The notes under the pieces are model-generated. The model was not told the origin of the DNA. It was given only the letters and a program-made list of their open reading frames with translations, and did not search any database. Made by a program: the position numbers and the translations under genes. DNA of 64,000 nt from an uncultured Pseudomonadales bacterium (GTDB taxonomy: Bacteria; Patescibacteriota; Microgenomatia; UBA1400; CAYNFZ01): positions 2,403 through 66,402 of the forward strand of contig CAYNMS010000002.1 in NCBI GenBank assembly GCA_964398525.1, given 5' to 3'. Shown in pieces: positions 1 to 10,648 of this stretch; position 1 is the first letter of the stretch; each line of letters begins with the position of its first letter.

Positions 1-1111
1 TGTCGGCAAGTTTTTTAGCGGATCGGGCAACGGGAACGTTGAAGGCAATAATGACGGCGTCGGTAGTTTGGGCGAGGAGTACATCGGATTCGGTAACCGG
101 ACCGGTACCGGTTTTGATAAATTGGACTTCGTCGGCTAAGTTTTGACGGATGGCTTCGAGAGAGCCTCTGGTGTCGGCGTTTAAGATAATTTGAATGGAG
201 GCTGGAGTTTCTTCTTCGGAAAAAGCAGCCGGAGCAATAGGGGTTGAGGAGGGAATGTCGGCCTCAACTGCTTGGGAGTTAGTGGTGGTTTGAATATGTT
301 GAAGATTGTCGGGGGTGGTAAAGAGGGAGCCGGCTGATGGGACATCTGAGAGACCCAGGACTTCGACTGGGGTTGAGGGTCCGGCTTGATTAACTGGGCG
401 ACCGGCGCTATCGGATAGACGACGGGCTTTACCAGTCACGGGTGGGGTTTGGAGAGAGACGAGTTCATCGCGAAGTTTAAGAGTGCCTTGGCTGACTAAA
501 AGAGTGGCAACTGGGCCAAGATTTTTTCTCATTTGGCTTTCGATAACTACAGCCTCGAGAGGAGCGTTGGGGTCGGAGGTTAATTCTTCAATTTCGGCCA
601 AGGCGAGAATGGTGTCGAGAAGCTTGTCGATATTAGTGCCTTTGATGGCAGAAATTTCAACAACCGGAGTGTTACCGCCGTAGCCTTCGACGTTAATCCC
701 CTCTTCGACGAGTTGGGCTTTGGCCATTTCTGGGACGGCGCCTTTGACATCGATTTTGTTGATGGCCACAATAACGGGGACGCCTGACTCTTTGATGTGG
801 CGAATTGATTCTTTGGTTTGGGGCATGACGCCGTCGTCGGCGGCCACGACCAATACAACGATGTCGGTAACAGCGGCTCCCCGGGCTCGCATTTTGGAAA
901 AAGCGGCGTGACCCGGAGTATCAATAAAGGTGATGGGTTGGTCTCGATGGGTGATTTGATAGGCGCCAATTGCCTGAGTAATACCGCCGGCTTCTGAGGC
1001 AGTAAGGTTGGTGTGGCGGATATGATCCAGGAGAGTGGTTTTACCATGGTCGACATGACCCATGATGGTAACGACTGGTGGCTTGGTGATGGTAGCGGAT
1101 TTTTTGGCCAT
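1..1111 (-). CDS. infB: Translation initiation factor IF-2 (3' end outside window; lacks N-terminal domain)
   Basis: Hand translation from ATG at 1111: [29 protein letters not shown]...[12 protein letters not shown]...[10 protein letters not shown]; follows nusA. Confidence 0.97.
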   Translation of the reverse strand, partial: MAKKSATITKPPVVTIMGHVDHGKTTLLDHIRHTNLTASEAGGITQAIGAYQITHRDQPITFIDTPGHAAFSKMRARGAAVTDIVVLVVAADDGVMPQTKESIRHIKESGVPVIVAINKIDVKGAVPEMAKAQLVEEGINVEGYGGNTPVVEISAIKGTNIDKLLDTILALAEIEELTSDPNAPLEAVVIESQMRKNLGPVATLLVSQGTLKLRDELVSLQTPPVTGKARRLSDSAGRPVNQAGPSTPVEVLGLSDVPSAGSLFTTPDNLQHIQTTTNSQAVEADIPSSTPIAPAAFSEEETPASIQIILNADTRGSLEAIRQNLADEVQFIKTGTGPVTESDVLLAQTTDAVIIAFNVPVARSAKKLAD

Positions 1112-1114
1112 AGT

Positions 1115-2299
1115 TTAGGAAGTAGCCTCCAAAGCAACTTGTAACTCCTCAGCAGCTTTGGGGCCGATACCGGCGATTTTTTTAAAATCTTCTTGGAAGG
1201 ACTTGAGCTGATCTAAGGTGGTGATATCGGCTTTGGTTAGTGCGTTTAGAGTGCGAGGAGTTAAACCCAGAGCCTCAAGTTGGCTTGAGGACGCTGGTTG
1301 GCCGGTCTCGACTTTATCTCCAGATTGACCTTTGATGTCAATTTTATAGCCGGTGAGTTTGGCAGCGAGGCGGACATTTTGACCACCACGGCCGATGGCC
1401 AGACTGAGTTGATCATCTGGGACAGTGACTAGAACGGTTGATTCATCCTGATTGATGTCGATATGAAGACCTTCGGCAGGAGCCAGAGCAGCCGTGATGA
1501 AGGTAAGGGGATCTTGACTGTACTGAATGATGTCGATTTTTTCGCCGTTTAACTCGTTGATGACTTCCTGGACACGAACGCCCTTTTGGCCAACACACGA
1601 GCCGACTGGGTCGACACCTTCTTGAGTGGAATGAACGGCAATTTTGGTGCGGTAGCCAGCCTCGCGAGCGATAGCTTTAATTTCGACAGCGCCTGAAGAG
1701 ACTTCTGGTACTTCGCGGCGGAAAAGTTCTTCAACAAGCTGAGGGGCGGCACGAGAAACAATGATGGTTTTGCCTCGCATGGTGTCACGGATTTCTTTGA
1801 TGTAGACAGCCAGGCGTTGGTTCATTTTGTAGTATTCGCCTTGAATTTGTTCCTCGGAAGGCATAACTCCCTGACCGCGACCAATATCGATAATGACGTT
1901 TTTACCGTCAAAGCGCAAAACCATGCCGGAAATGACTGAATCGACTCTTTCCTCGTACTCGCCAATGATGGCATCCTTTTCGGCTTCACGAACGCGTTGA
2001 AGAATGACCTGTTTGGCGGTTTGGGCAGCGATTCGGCCAAAACCGGGAGGGGTAATATCTTGGTCGGTATCGGTGTCGACAATTTTGGCGGCACCGGTGT
2101 CGGCGTCGAGTTCGACTTGATAGCGTTCAAGGGGTGTCTCGTCGTCGGTAAATCGGTCGGGAAAATCCTTTCTAAAAGCCGCGAGAATGGCGGTTTTAAT
2201 AGTATCGAGGACGACTTGGGGGTCTATACCACGTTCATTACAGATTTGATTGATTGCAGCCGCGAATTCAGTTCGAGCTGATAAAGGTGAGTTGGCCAT
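1115..2299 (-). CDS. nusA: Transcription termination/antitermination factor NusA
   Basis: FGRIAAQTAKQVI, S1 and KH motifs (AREAGYRTKIAV, DPVGSCVGQKGVRV, LAIGRGGQNVRLA), C-terminal HhH. Confidence 0.97.
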   Translation of the reverse strand: MANSPLSARTEFAAAINQICNERGIDPQVVLDTIKTAILAAFRKDFPDRFTDDETPLERYQVELDADTGAAKIVDTDTDQDITPPGFGRIAAQTAKQVILQRVREAEKDAIIGEYEERVDSVISGMVLRFDGKNVIIDIGRGQGVMPSEEQIQGEYYKMNQRLAVYIKEIRDTMRGKTIIVSRAAPQLVEELFRREVPEVSSGAVEIKAIAREAGYRTKIAVHSTQEGVDPVGSCVGQKGVRVQEVINELNGEKIDIIQYSQDPLTFITAALAPAEGLHIDINQDESTVLVTVPDDQLSLAIGRGGQNVRLAAKLTGYKIDIKGQSGDKVETGQPASSSQLEALGLTPRTLNALTKADITTLDQLKSFQEDFKKIAGIGPKAAEELQVALEATS

Positions 2300-2324
2300 G
2301 TTAGTCTTTTTAGTTAATCACTAA

Positions 2325-2374
2325 TAAAAAAGGTGGATTGCGGCCACCTTGAGTCAAACAGGGGTATTTTACCA
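2325..2374 (-). promoter_or_regulatory. nusA promoter (extended -10) followed by a leader terminator hairpin
   Basis: Minus strand TGG-TAAAAT (2374-2366), then AAGGTGG-CCGCAAT-CCACCTT-TTTT before the nusA ATG; resembles the rimP/nusA leader attenuator. Confidence 0.6.
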
Positions 2375-2391
2375 CTCCAGACCTCTTGGGG

Positions 2392-3255
2392 TCAATTATT
2401 AAGGGTTGAGTCTAATTGGCGAAGAAGAGTTTTCTGCTCCCTAGTAAGGGAAGTGGGGACGGTGACTTGAAGGTGAACATATTGGTCGCCTTTTGATGAG
2501 CCCCGTAGATGTTTAATGCCTTGACCTTTGAGTCTGACGATAGTACCGGATTGGGTTCCCGGGCGAATTTTGAGTTTGACTGGCCGATCGATAGTGGGGA
2601 CTTGAATGGTTGTCCCCAGGGCGGCCTGGGTAAAGGGGAGTTGGAATTCCAGATGGACGTCATAGCCTTGGCGTTTGAATTGGGGGTGAGGCCGAACGTT
2701 TAGGGTAACGTCAAAATCCTGATAGCGGATTCTGGTGCCGTCACTGGCTCCGGCCGGGATATTGACGGTGTGGCTTTTGCCTTGATGAACCAGGGTTCTT
2801 TTAGTACCTTTGACGGCTTCCATGAAATCGACTTCAAGAGAGTAACGAGGCTTTTGTTGGCGAGTGAAACCACCGCCAAAAAAGGATTCAAAAATCTCAA
2901 ACGGGTCGGAGAAATCAAAATCGGAGAAAGGTTGGCCAGAGCTGGTGTAGGTATAGGTGAAAGGCCCACTACGGGAAGATTGGGGTCCGCCAAAACCGTC
3001 GAAACCAGAGAAACCGGAGTTGGCAGCGGGATCGAAGGCGGCAGACCCGAATTGGTCGTAGGTTTTTCTTTTTTGAGGGTCGGAGAGGACTTCGTAGGCC
3101 TGATTGACTTGTTTAAACTCCTTGTCGGCATTGGGGGATTTGTTTCTGTCAGGATGAAACTCTAAGGCTTTTTGTCGATAAGCTTTTTTGATATCGGCGG
3201 GACTGGCTGATTTGGAAACGCCGAGGATGTCGTAATAGTCGCGTTGTTCAGGCAT
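2392..3255 (-). CDS. dnaJ: DnaJ-family co-chaperone without zinc finger (class B/CbpA-like)
   Basis: J domain with HPD motif, G/F-rich region, C-terminal domain, no CxxCxGxG repeats. Confidence 0.93.
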   Translation of the reverse strand: MPEQRDYYDILGVSKSASPADIKKAYRQKALEFHPDRNKSPNADKEFKQVNQAYEVLSDPQKRKTYDQFGSAAFDPAANSGFSGFDGFGGPQSSRSGPFTYTYTSSGQPFSDFDFSDPFEIFESFFGGGFTRQQKPRYSLEVDFMEAVKGTKRTLVHQGKSHTVNIPAGASDGTRIRYQDFDVTLNVRPHPQFKRQGYDVHLEFQLPFTQAALGTTIQVPTIDRPVKLKIRPGTQSGTIVRLKGQGIKHLRGSSKGDQYVHLQVTVPTSLTREQKTLLRQLDSTLNN

Positions 3256-3323
3256 AGGGAGTTTGAGTTAATTTTGATAGACTGGGTTGACCAAGTAAAT
3301 GGCAGAATTGACCAAGCAGGGCA

Positions 3324-3731
3324 TTAGTTGGATTGAGAGGGGTTGGTAGAAACCCGAGTTACATGAAGCTTGAATTTGGCAATGGGTTTATTTTCTGAGG
3401 AGAGAATGAGATGGTAGGTGCCGGTTTGAGAGAGATTTAGGTTGATGATGTCGGTAATTAGATTGGCCCGGCCGTTGGTACCAAGATTGATTTTGATACT
3501 TCTGGCGGGAATTATGGTTTTGTCTTCGGGACCTTCGAGCTTAAGGCTGACTTGAGCCTTTGCCTCTGGCTGGCCGGTAATTACGGCGACAACAAAGAAA
3601 CGGGAGTATTGGGCAGGTAAATCGCGGACAAAGATACGATCAAACATGCCGATGACGCTTAATTTGCCTTCTTGGCTGGTTAGAGCAAAGTCGCAAAGAG
3701 TAAACAGATCTACTTTAAGTGTTTGGGCCAT
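3324..3731 (-). CDS. Hypothetical beta-rich protein (DUF6941-like) between dnaK and dnaJ
   Basis: 135-aa ORF with LCDFA...GKLSVIGMFD N-terminus; family recalled from memory. Confidence 0.65.
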   Translation of the reverse strand: MAQTLKVDLFTLCDFALTSQEGKLSVIGMFDRIFVRDLPAQYSRFFVVAVITGQPEAKAQVSLKLEGPEDKTIIPARSIKINLGTNGRANLITDIINLNLSQTGTYHLILSSENKPIAKFKLHVTRVSTNPSQSN

Positions 3732-3749
3732 AATTGTGATAACTAATAG

Positions 3750-3776
3750 AGGCGAGGAGAGAGACTCTCCCCGCCT
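3750..3776 (-). terminator. Stem-loop downstream of dnaK
   Basis: aggcgaggagag-aga-ctctccccgcct inverted repeat; weak U tract. Confidence 0.5.
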
Positions 3777-3793
3777 AGAAATAATATTTTAGC

Positions 3794-5686
3794 TTATTCT
3801 TCGACGATTTCCCCTTCTTCGACATCATCTTTTTTGTCGGATTCTTTTTTGGTTTCGTCAGAAGGTGACTCTTGAGACTTTTGAGACTCCTGATAAATGG
3901 CCTCACCTAGTTTTTGAGAAGCTTCGAGAACTTCTTCGGTTGCTTGGTTGAGAGCTTCGGCGGTGGCATTTTGATCGTCGGCAAGTGACTTGAGTTTTTC
4001 GGTTAGGTTTTTGATCTGGTCAAGTTCTTTTTTGTCGATCTTGTCGCCATGTTCTTTGAGTTGTTTGTCTACTTCAAAGGCAGTTGATGAAGCCTTGTTG
4101 CGAGCCTCGGCCAGGGATTTTTTGGCTTGATCCTCCTTTGCATGCGCTTCGGCTTCTTGGCGCATTTTTTCAACTTCGGCCTCGTCTAAGTTGGTAGCAT
4201 TTTTGATGGTGATCTTTTGCTCTTTGCCGGTCCCTTTGTCTTTGGCAGAGACGTTTAGGATACCGTTACTGTCGATGTCGAAAGTAACTTCGATTTGAGG
4301 CATACCCCGAGGAGCTGGGGGAATGCCATCGAGAATAAAGCGGCCAAGAGTTTTGTTGTCGGCGGCCATTTCCCGCTCACCTTGAAGGACGTGGATCTCA
4401 ACTTGAGTTTGATTGTCAGCGGCGGTGGAGAAGATCTGAGACTTGCTGGTGGGGACGGTGGTATTCCTGTCGATAAGTGGGGTTCTGACTCCACCAAGAG
4501 TTTCTAAACCGAGAGTAAGAGGAGTGACATCAAGAAGAAGGACGTCTTTGACATCGCCGGTGAGAACGCCACCTTGGATAGCGGCACCGACGGCAACCAC
4601 TTCATCGGGATTGACCCCTTTGTGGGGTTCTTTGCCGAAAAAGTCTTTGACAACCTGTTGAATTTTGGGCATACGAGTCATGCCACCGACGAGGACAATT
4701 TCATCAATGTCCGAAGCCGAAAGTCCAGCGTCTTTGAGAGCGGCTTTGACGGGAACCAGGGTTTTTTGAACCAGTTCATCCACTAATTCCTCGAGCTTGG
4801 CTCGAGTGAGTTTGAGGGTAAGATGGAGAGGCTGACTATCCTGACCTTGAGTAATAAAAGGCTGGTTGATTTCAGTTTCCTGGGAAGAGGAGAGTTCGAT
4901 TTTAGCTTTTTCGGCGGCGTCTCTGATGCGTTGCAGGGCTTGTTTGTCCTTGGAGAGATCGACGCCTTGTTCTTTTTTAAACTCGGAGACAATCCAGGTG
5001 ATGATGACTTGATCGAAATCGTCACCGCCAAGGAAAGTATCGCCGTTGGTAGCTTTGACTTCGAATACACCGTCACCGACCTCAAGAATGGAAATATCGA
5101 AAGTACCACCGCCTAGATCGTAGACAGCGATAGTTTCATTTTGTTTTTTGTCGAGGCCGTAGGCCAGTGAGGCGGCGGTGGGTTCGTTGATAATCCGCTC
5201 AACAGTGAGGCCGGCAATTTCTCCGGCTTGTTTAGTGGCTTGGCGCTGAGAGTCGTCGAAATAAGCAGGAACAGTGATGACTGCCCGGGTGACTTCCTCA
5301 CCGAGATAACTTTCAGCGTCGGCTTTGATCTTTTGGAGGATCATGGCTGAGATTTGTTCAGGAGTGTAGGTTTTGTCGGCGACCTTGACATCGGCTGTGT
5401 TGTTTTTGCCGCTGACAATTTCGTAGGGGACCATTTTTTGAGTCTTTTTAACTTGGGAATCAGAGGTTTTGCGACCCATGAGACGCTTGATGGAGTAGAT
5501 GGTATTTTGGGGATTTAAAATCATTTGGCGTTTGGCAACTTCGCCAACTAGCCGTTTTTGAGGCTCGACAATTGAAGGAATGGTGTTTTTTCCCTCTGAT
5601 GAGGGGATGATTTTAGGTGAACCGCCTTCCAGGACGGCAACGGCTGAATTGGTGGTACCTAGATCAATGCCAATAATTTTGCTCAT
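3794..5686 (-). CDS. dnaK: Chaperone DnaK (Hsp70)
   Basis: [32 protein letters not shown]; SD AAGGAG. Confidence 0.99.
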   Translation of the reverse strand: MSKIIGIDLGTTNSAVAVLEGGSPKIIPSSEGKNTIPSIVEPQKRLVGEVAKRQMILNPQNTIYSIKRLMGRKTSDSQVKKTQKMVPYEIVSGKNNTADVKVADKTYTPEQISAMILQKIKADAESYLGEEVTRAVITVPAYFDDSQRQATKQAGEIAGLTVERIINEPTAASLAYGLDKKQNETIAVYDLGGGTFDISILEVGDGVFEVKATNGDTFLGGDDFDQVIITWIVSEFKKEQGVDLSKDKQALQRIRDAAEKAKIELSSSQETEINQPFITQGQDSQPLHLTLKLTRAKLEELVDELVQKTLVPVKAALKDAGLSASDIDEIVLVGGMTRMPKIQQVVKDFFGKEPHKGVNPDEVVAVGAAIQGGVLTGDVKDVLLLDVTPLTLGLETLGGVRTPLIDRNTTVPTSKSQIFSTAADNQTQVEIHVLQGEREMAADNKTLGRFILDGIPPAPRGMPQIEVTFDIDSNGILNVSAKDKGTGKEQKITIKNATNLDEAEVEKMRQEAEAHAKEDQAKKSLAEARNKASSTAFEVDKQLKEHGDKIDKKELDQIKNLTEKLKSLADDQNATAEALNQATEEVLEASQKLGEAIYQESQKSQESPSDETKKESDKKDDVEEGEIVEE

Positions 5687-5721
5687 AGTAGCTCCTTTGA
5701 GAGGTGATTGGTTAATAAACG

Positions 5722-6159
5722 TTAAGATTTTTGGCCAGTGCCGACAGTGACTTGGGCTGGCCGAATGAGAGTCTGGTCTAGACTGAAACCAGGCTTTTCA
5801 ACAGTGACGACTTGATCTTTGGGTCCCGGAACTTGCTGAAGACATTCCATAGTTTGAGGATCAAAGGTCGAATCTTGAGGGTTAATAGTAGTGACACCTA
5901 AATCGGTGAGGATTTTATCGAAGTGGTCGACTACTAGTTGTAGACCAGTATCCTTTAAGTGGTGATGGGCCCGGAGAAGGTCGTCGTAGAGAGGTAAAAA
6001 TTGGCTGATGAGGTCGGCCTGAAGATGGTGAGCTAGGGCAAGGCGTTCCTGCTCAACTCGCTTTTGCAGATTGTGGTAATCGGCTAGAGCACGTTTGTAT
6101 TGTTCCTCTAGTTGTTGATTTTGTTGGTTGTCAGCTGATTTGGTTTTGGAACGGGTCAT
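5722..6159 (-). CDS. grpE: Nucleotide exchange factor GrpE
   Basis: [23 protein letters not shown]; located between hrcA and dnaK. Confidence 0.93.
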   Translation of the reverse strand: MTRSKTKSADNQQNQQLEEQYKRALADYHNLQKRVEQERLALAHHLQADLISQFLPLYDDLLRAHHHLKDTGLQLVVDHFDKILTDLGVTTINPQDSTFDPQTMECLQQVPGPKDQVVTVEKPGFSLDQTLIRPAQVTVGTGQKS

Positions 6160-6160
6160 G

Positions 6161-6889
6161 TTAAGCAGATCGAGAAATATCTTGTAAAGTGCGAGAGAGG
6201 TGACGGACGAGAGGAATTATGTAGGCGTAATTGAGGCGACTGGGGCCGATGATACCGATGGAGCCGGCGGTATTGCCGAGATTAAAGTCGGAAAAGACAA
6301 TGGTGATGGGCTGGAGGTGGCGGTTGTCAAAATCGTCTCCTAAGAGAACGTGGATGGCACCCTCGTCCTGGGCTCGTTCGAGAAGGGAGAGGAGTTGGCC
6401 GGTTTCTTCCAAAAGGGAAAAAACGGTTTTGGTTACGTCGATATCAAAGAACTCGGGCTCATCAAAGAGATGGAAGTAACCGGCATGATAAGAGCGGTGA
6501 TCGCTGGTAACTGCCAGACCGACACAGTGGGTTTTGTCAGCTAAAGTGCGGGTGGATTCACGAAGAAGGTCTTCAAGATGGCCGCGGACATCCCAAATTC
6601 TTTGTTTTACTGAAACTTCTTCGGCGACGGAGAGGTCATCTTCTTTCATGAGTTGTTGAACGTAGAATTTGATCGCCTTGGGGGTGGGGATTCGTCCTGA
6701 GGAAACGTGGGGTTGGTGCAGGTAACCGGAGCGGACGAGTTGAACCATCTCGTTTCTGATGGTGGCCGGTGAAACGCCGAGATTGAATTTACGATCAAGC
6801 ATCTCAGAACCGATCGGTTGGGCAGTCTCGATATATTCTTCAATAATAATTTTGAGAATGTCAACCTGGCGAGGAGTGAGATCGTACAT
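6161..6889 (-). CDS. hrcA: Heat-inducible transcription repressor HrcA (short form)
   Basis: LTPRQVDIL..IIEEYI..AQPIGS, SPATIRNEM, HVSSGRIPT, GIIGPSRLNY; start taken at MYDLT. Confidence 0.93.
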   Translation of the reverse strand: MYDLTPRQVDILKIIIEEYIETAQPIGSEMLDRKFNLGVSPATIRNEMVQLVRSGYLHQPHVSSGRIPTPKAIKFYVQQLMKEDDLSVAEEVSVKQRIWDVRGHLEDLLRESTRTLADKTHCVGLAVTSDHRSYHAGYFHLFDEPEFFDIDVTKTVFSLLEETGQLLSLLERAQDEGAIHVLLGDDFDNRHLQPITIVFSDFNLGNTAGSIGIIGPSRLNYAYIIPLVRHLSRTLQDISRSA

Positions 6890-6918
6890 AGGTGCTAGAA
6901 ACAATCGATTAATGAGTG

Positions 6919-6955
6919 CTAGCACTATGTTAGCAAGAGTGCTAAACCTTGTCAA
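6919..6955 (-). promoter_or_regulatory. CIRCE operator overlapping the sigma70 promoter of the hrcA-grpE-dnaK operon
   Basis: CTAGCACTA-N9-GAGTGCTAA at 6919-6945; minus-strand TTGACA (6955-6950)-N17-TAACAT with extended TG. Confidence 0.88.
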
Positions 6956-6963
6956 TACTGGGG

Positions 6964-8778
6964 CTAACGTTTGAGAACTGCAAGATAGGCAGATTGAGGG
7001 ATTTCGACTTTAGAAAAATGGCTGCGTTTAGTTTTGCCCTTTTTTTGCTTTTCAAGAAGTTTTTTTCTTCGAGTGATATCGCCTCCATAGAGTTTAGCGG
7101 TAACATCTTTACGATAAGCTTTAATGGTTTCGCGGGCGATGATTTGACCACCAACGGCGGCTTGAACAGGAATCTGGTGAAGAGTGCGGGGGATGGCATC
7201 TTTGAGTTTGGCAACGATATGTTTGGCGGTATCTTGGACTTTGGAGGAATGGAGAATTTGAGAAAGAGCTTCGACAGGCTCGTGATTGATTAGGACTGAG
7301 AGCTTGACGGCGTCGACAGGCTGATAATCGAAAAGTTCGTATTCAAGACTGGCATAACCACTGGATAGGGATTTTAACTGGTCGTAGAAATTTATGATGA
7401 GTTCGGAGAGGGGGACGAGATACTCAAGTTTGACTTTTTGGCCATAGAAGGTTTGATTAATCATTTCGCCACGAGCATCGTTTAAAAGGTTCATGATGGC
7501 ACCAAGATATTCATTAGGAGTATAGATAACCACTGAGGTTAATGGCTCTTGGATTTCGCGAATGAGATTGGAGTCGGGAAGTTCTTCAGGGTTTTTGACT
7601 TCGAGAGTTTGGCCGTCGGTGGTAGTTACCCGGTAAACCACGGTGGGGGTGGTGGGGATTAGATCGAGCCCGTATTCGCGTTTGATGCGCTCCAGGACAA
7701 TTTCTGCGTGAAGTACCCCCAAGAAACCGACGCGGAAACCTTTACCTAGCGCAAGGGAGCTGGAGGGCACAAACGAAAGTGAGGCGTCGTTGAGGGCTAG
7801 TTTTTCTAAACCTTCTTTTAGGAGTGAAAATTCTTTACCTTCAAGAGGGTAAATATCCATGAAAACAACCGGTTGAGGGTCTTTGTATCCGGGTAAGGGG
7901 GTTATTTGAGAAAGGGAAGCAAAATGGGTAATGGTATCTCCTGGACGGACGAGTGAGACATCCTTGAAACCAGTGGCAATGTAACCAACTTGACCAGCTT
8001 GGAGTTGATCGACTGGCTGCATTTGAGGGGTAAAAATTCCAAGTTCCTTAACCGGAAACGACTGCTGATTATTAAACAGACTGACTTCATCTTGGGAGCT
8101 GAGGAACCCTGATTCGAGTTTGACGAAGGCAATGACGCCTTTGTGAGGATGATATATAGAGTTGAACACCAGACAACGCAAGGGATCTGAAATTGCACCT
8201 GAGGGAGCGGGGATGGCGGTGGCTAGAGCAGCAAAAAGGGCGTTGATGTTGGTTCCGGTTTTGGCTGAAATGGAGACAATGGCTTGGGAGTTGAGACCGA
8301 GAGTGTCGACTAAGTCCAGGGTTACGGCCTCTGGATCAGCAGCCGGGAGATCGATTTTATTTAAAGCAACGATGAGGTTTAGACCAAGATTTTTGGCTTT
8401 TTGAAAATTGGAGAGAGTTTGAGCTTGGATGCCTTGGGTGGCATCGACTAAGAGAACCGCACCTTCGCAGGCGGCGAGAGAGCGGGAAACTTCATAGCCA
8501 AAGTCGACGTGACCGGGAGTGTCGATGAGATTTAAGTTTAGCTGGGGGTAACCCAGACTCGAGACAAGGTCAGGTGGCAGAGTGTAGGTGAGACTAACGG
8601 GAGCGAGTTTGATGGTGATCCCCCGCTCTTGTTCGATAGGGTTGCTGTCTAAGAGGCGCTCGTGGAATTGTCGCTGACTAATAGTGTTGGTTGCCAAGAG
8701 GAGTTGATCGGTAAGTGTGGTTTTGCCGTGATCGATGTGAGCGATGATGGAAAAGTTACGGATTGAAGATTGATTCAT
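6964..8778 (-). CDS. lepA: Elongation factor 4 (LepA)
   Basis: IRNFSIIAHIDHGKTTL, DTPGHVDF, GFRVGFLG, RKDVTAKLYGGDITRRKKLL. Confidence 0.98.
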   Translation of the reverse strand: MNQSSIRNFSIIAHIDHGKTTLTDQLLLATNTISQRQFHERLLDSNPIEQERGITIKLAPVSLTYTLPPDLVSSLGYPQLNLNLIDTPGHVDFGYEVSRSLAACEGAVLLVDATQGIQAQTLSNFQKAKNLGLNLIVALNKIDLPAADPEAVTLDLVDTLGLNSQAIVSISAKTGTNINALFAALATAIPAPSGAISDPLRCLVFNSIYHPHKGVIAFVKLESGFLSSQDEVSLFNNQQSFPVKELGIFTPQMQPVDQLQAGQVGYIATGFKDVSLVRPGDTITHFASLSQITPLPGYKDPQPVVFMDIYPLEGKEFSLLKEGLEKLALNDASLSFVPSSSLALGKGFRVGFLGVLHAEIVLERIKREYGLDLIPTTPTVVYRVTTTDGQTLEVKNPEELPDSNLIREIQEPLTSVVIYTPNEYLGAIMNLLNDARGEMINQTFYGQKVKLEYLVPLSELIINFYDQLKSLSSGYASLEYELFDYQPVDAVKLSVLINHEPVEALSQILHSSKVQDTAKHIVAKLKDAIPRTLHQIPVQAAVGGQIIARETIKAYRKDVTAKLYGGDITRRKKLLEKQKKGKTKRSHFSKVEIPQSAYLAVLKR

Positions 8779-8807
8779 GGAATGGGTATTTTACAGGCCA
8801 GCCAAGG

Positions 8808-10478
8808 TTAAAGAGAAGTGGAAGATTGATCCAGGGTTTCCTCAGAAGAAGAGAGGACTTTGCGCCAATTGCCGATTTTGGAAAGAAGCTTCAAGTAGGC
8901 GTTTAACTGCTGGACGCGCAGTAACTTGGAGAAAATAAAGTAAACCGAAAGACCGATTAAGCCGACGATAATTGTAAGGATAATTAGATCAATGGTACGG
9001 GTGGTATCGAAGATAAATTCATCTAAAAGGCGCATGGGGGCCCAGAGGAAAAGACCGGTGGCAGCTGAAGCAACGAACATTTTGAGTAAAGGAAGAAAGA
9101 GAGCATAGAGGTTGAATTGGCCCAGCTTAAAAATTAAGACAATTAATAAAAATGCGGCCTGGAAAAGAACGGCCAAGGTAGAGCCCCAAGCCATACCCAG
9201 GACACCTAAATTAAGAGTGAAAACGAAGTAGAACGAAAGGGCTACATCAATTATGACAGCCAAAAAAGTAGCCAGGAGGGGGGTTTTGGTGTTATGAAGA
9301 GCATAAAAAGCCCGGGCTAGAAGGTGGATAGCGGCGTGAGCAAAAACTCCTAGAGCCAAGATGGCAACGATTTTGCCGGTTAAAAGTGTAGCCTGCCAGG
9401 GGAAAGTTTTGGCGCCGTAGGCAATACGAACTGCGGGAATACGTAAAATGATGAGCATGACGGAGGCAGGTAAGGCAAGATAGAAGATTTGATGAAGAGA
9501 ATCAATTAGAGTTTGAGAGAAGCGTTTGAGATCCTTGGTAGCAGATTCTTGAGACAGGAAGGGCAGGCTCGCTTGGCCGATGGGAATACCAAAGATGCGG
9601 ACAGGAATATTCATAAGGGTGGTGGCCAGACGAACTAATGTCAAACTACCTACGGCTAAATTGGTGGCGAGGTAAATCATGACAAATGGCTGAATTTGTT
9701 CGATTGACAAAGCAGCGGTACGAGGCAGCATTAAGCGGATAATTTGGCGGACTCCAGGATGGCGTAGATTGAATATGGGCCGGTAGCTGAACCTGAGCCG
9801 GCCAGCTAATGGCACTTGCATCATCAAATGAAGGAAGGCACCTAGAACAACCCCAAAAGCCGCGCCATAAAGGCCAATAGTAGGCCCAAGAATAAGGGTA
9901 CCGAGAATAATGCCAAGGTTATAGGCCAGAGGGGAAAGGGCAGGGATTAGGAAGCGGTGGTTGGCTTGAATGATGCCGGTCATAAAATTACTGATAGCAA
10001 AAAAGAACTGGGCTAAAAGCATGATGCGGGTAAAATTGCTGGCTAGATGAACTTGCTCTTGGCTAAAATTTGATCCGGTGATGAGTTGGTTTAGAGGCTG
10101 GGCGAAAATAAAGATAGGAAAAGCCAAAACCAGGAATACCAAAAGGACAAGATTGATCATGGAATTGGCTACGAGATTGGCTTCATCGACACTTTTGTGA
10201 AGATACTTGGAGTAGACCGGAATAAAGGCAGCAGAGAGAGCGCCAATAACCAAAAGTTGAAAAATAAAGTCAGGCAAACGAAAGGCTACGCCGTAGGCGT
10301 CGAGAGCCGCTTGGTTTACCGGATGATTGTAGAACATGGACACCAGAAGACGTTCGCGCAACAGGCCAAGAATGCTTGAGAGGAAGTAAGCAGCTGTGAT
10401 AATGGCGGCGGCTGAAAGAATACTGGACTGTTGGCGCTCAAAAATGAGTTGGCCGTTTTTGAAAAGATGCTTAACCAT
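8808..10478 (-). CDS. murJ: Lipid II flippase MurJ (MviN)
   Basis: LSSILGLLRE, AFRLPD, GALSAAFIPV, RAFYALHNTKTP; many TM segments. Confidence 0.95.
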   Translation of the reverse strand: MVKHLFKNGQLIFERQQSSILSAAAIITAAYFLSSILGLLRERLLVSMFYNHPVNQAALDAYGVAFRLPDFIFQLLVIGALSAAFIPVYSKYLHKSVDEANLVANSMINLVLLVFLVLAFPIFIFAQPLNQLITGSNFSQEQVHLASNFTRIMLLAQFFFAISNFMTGIIQANHRFLIPALSPLAYNLGIILGTLILGPTIGLYGAAFGVVLGAFLHLMMQVPLAGRLRFSYRPIFNLRHPGVRQIIRLMLPRTAALSIEQIQPFVMIYLATNLAVGSLTLVRLATTLMNIPVRIFGIPIGQASLPFLSQESATKDLKRFSQTLIDSLHQIFYLALPASVMLIILRIPAVRIAYGAKTFPWQATLLTGKIVAILALGVFAHAAIHLLARAFYALHNTKTPLLATFLAVIIDVALSFYFVFTLNLGVLGMAWGSTLAVLFQAAFLLIVLIFKLGQFNLYALFLPLLKMFVASAATGLFLWAPMRLLDEFIFDTTRTIDLIILTIIVGLIGLSVYFIFSKLLRVQQLNAYLKLLSKIGNWRKVLSSSEETLDQSSTSL

Positions 10479-10648
10479 GAAAAGATGATGAATTGAAATA
10501 TAGGACTGCCATCAACCAAGCACGAACACAGACAAGGCGATGGAAGTTATGAGGATATTGTAAATCTAAGGCCTGGTTTTGGGAAGGGAAGAAACGAAAC
10601 CATAAAGAGCCGGTTGCAGAAAAAAGAGGACGCAGATAGAATTGGAGG

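Noticed and set aside
10479-10648. Possible structured leader upstream of murJ
   Set aside because: Only weak pairing (CCATC/GATGG) and no recognisable riboswitch motif.
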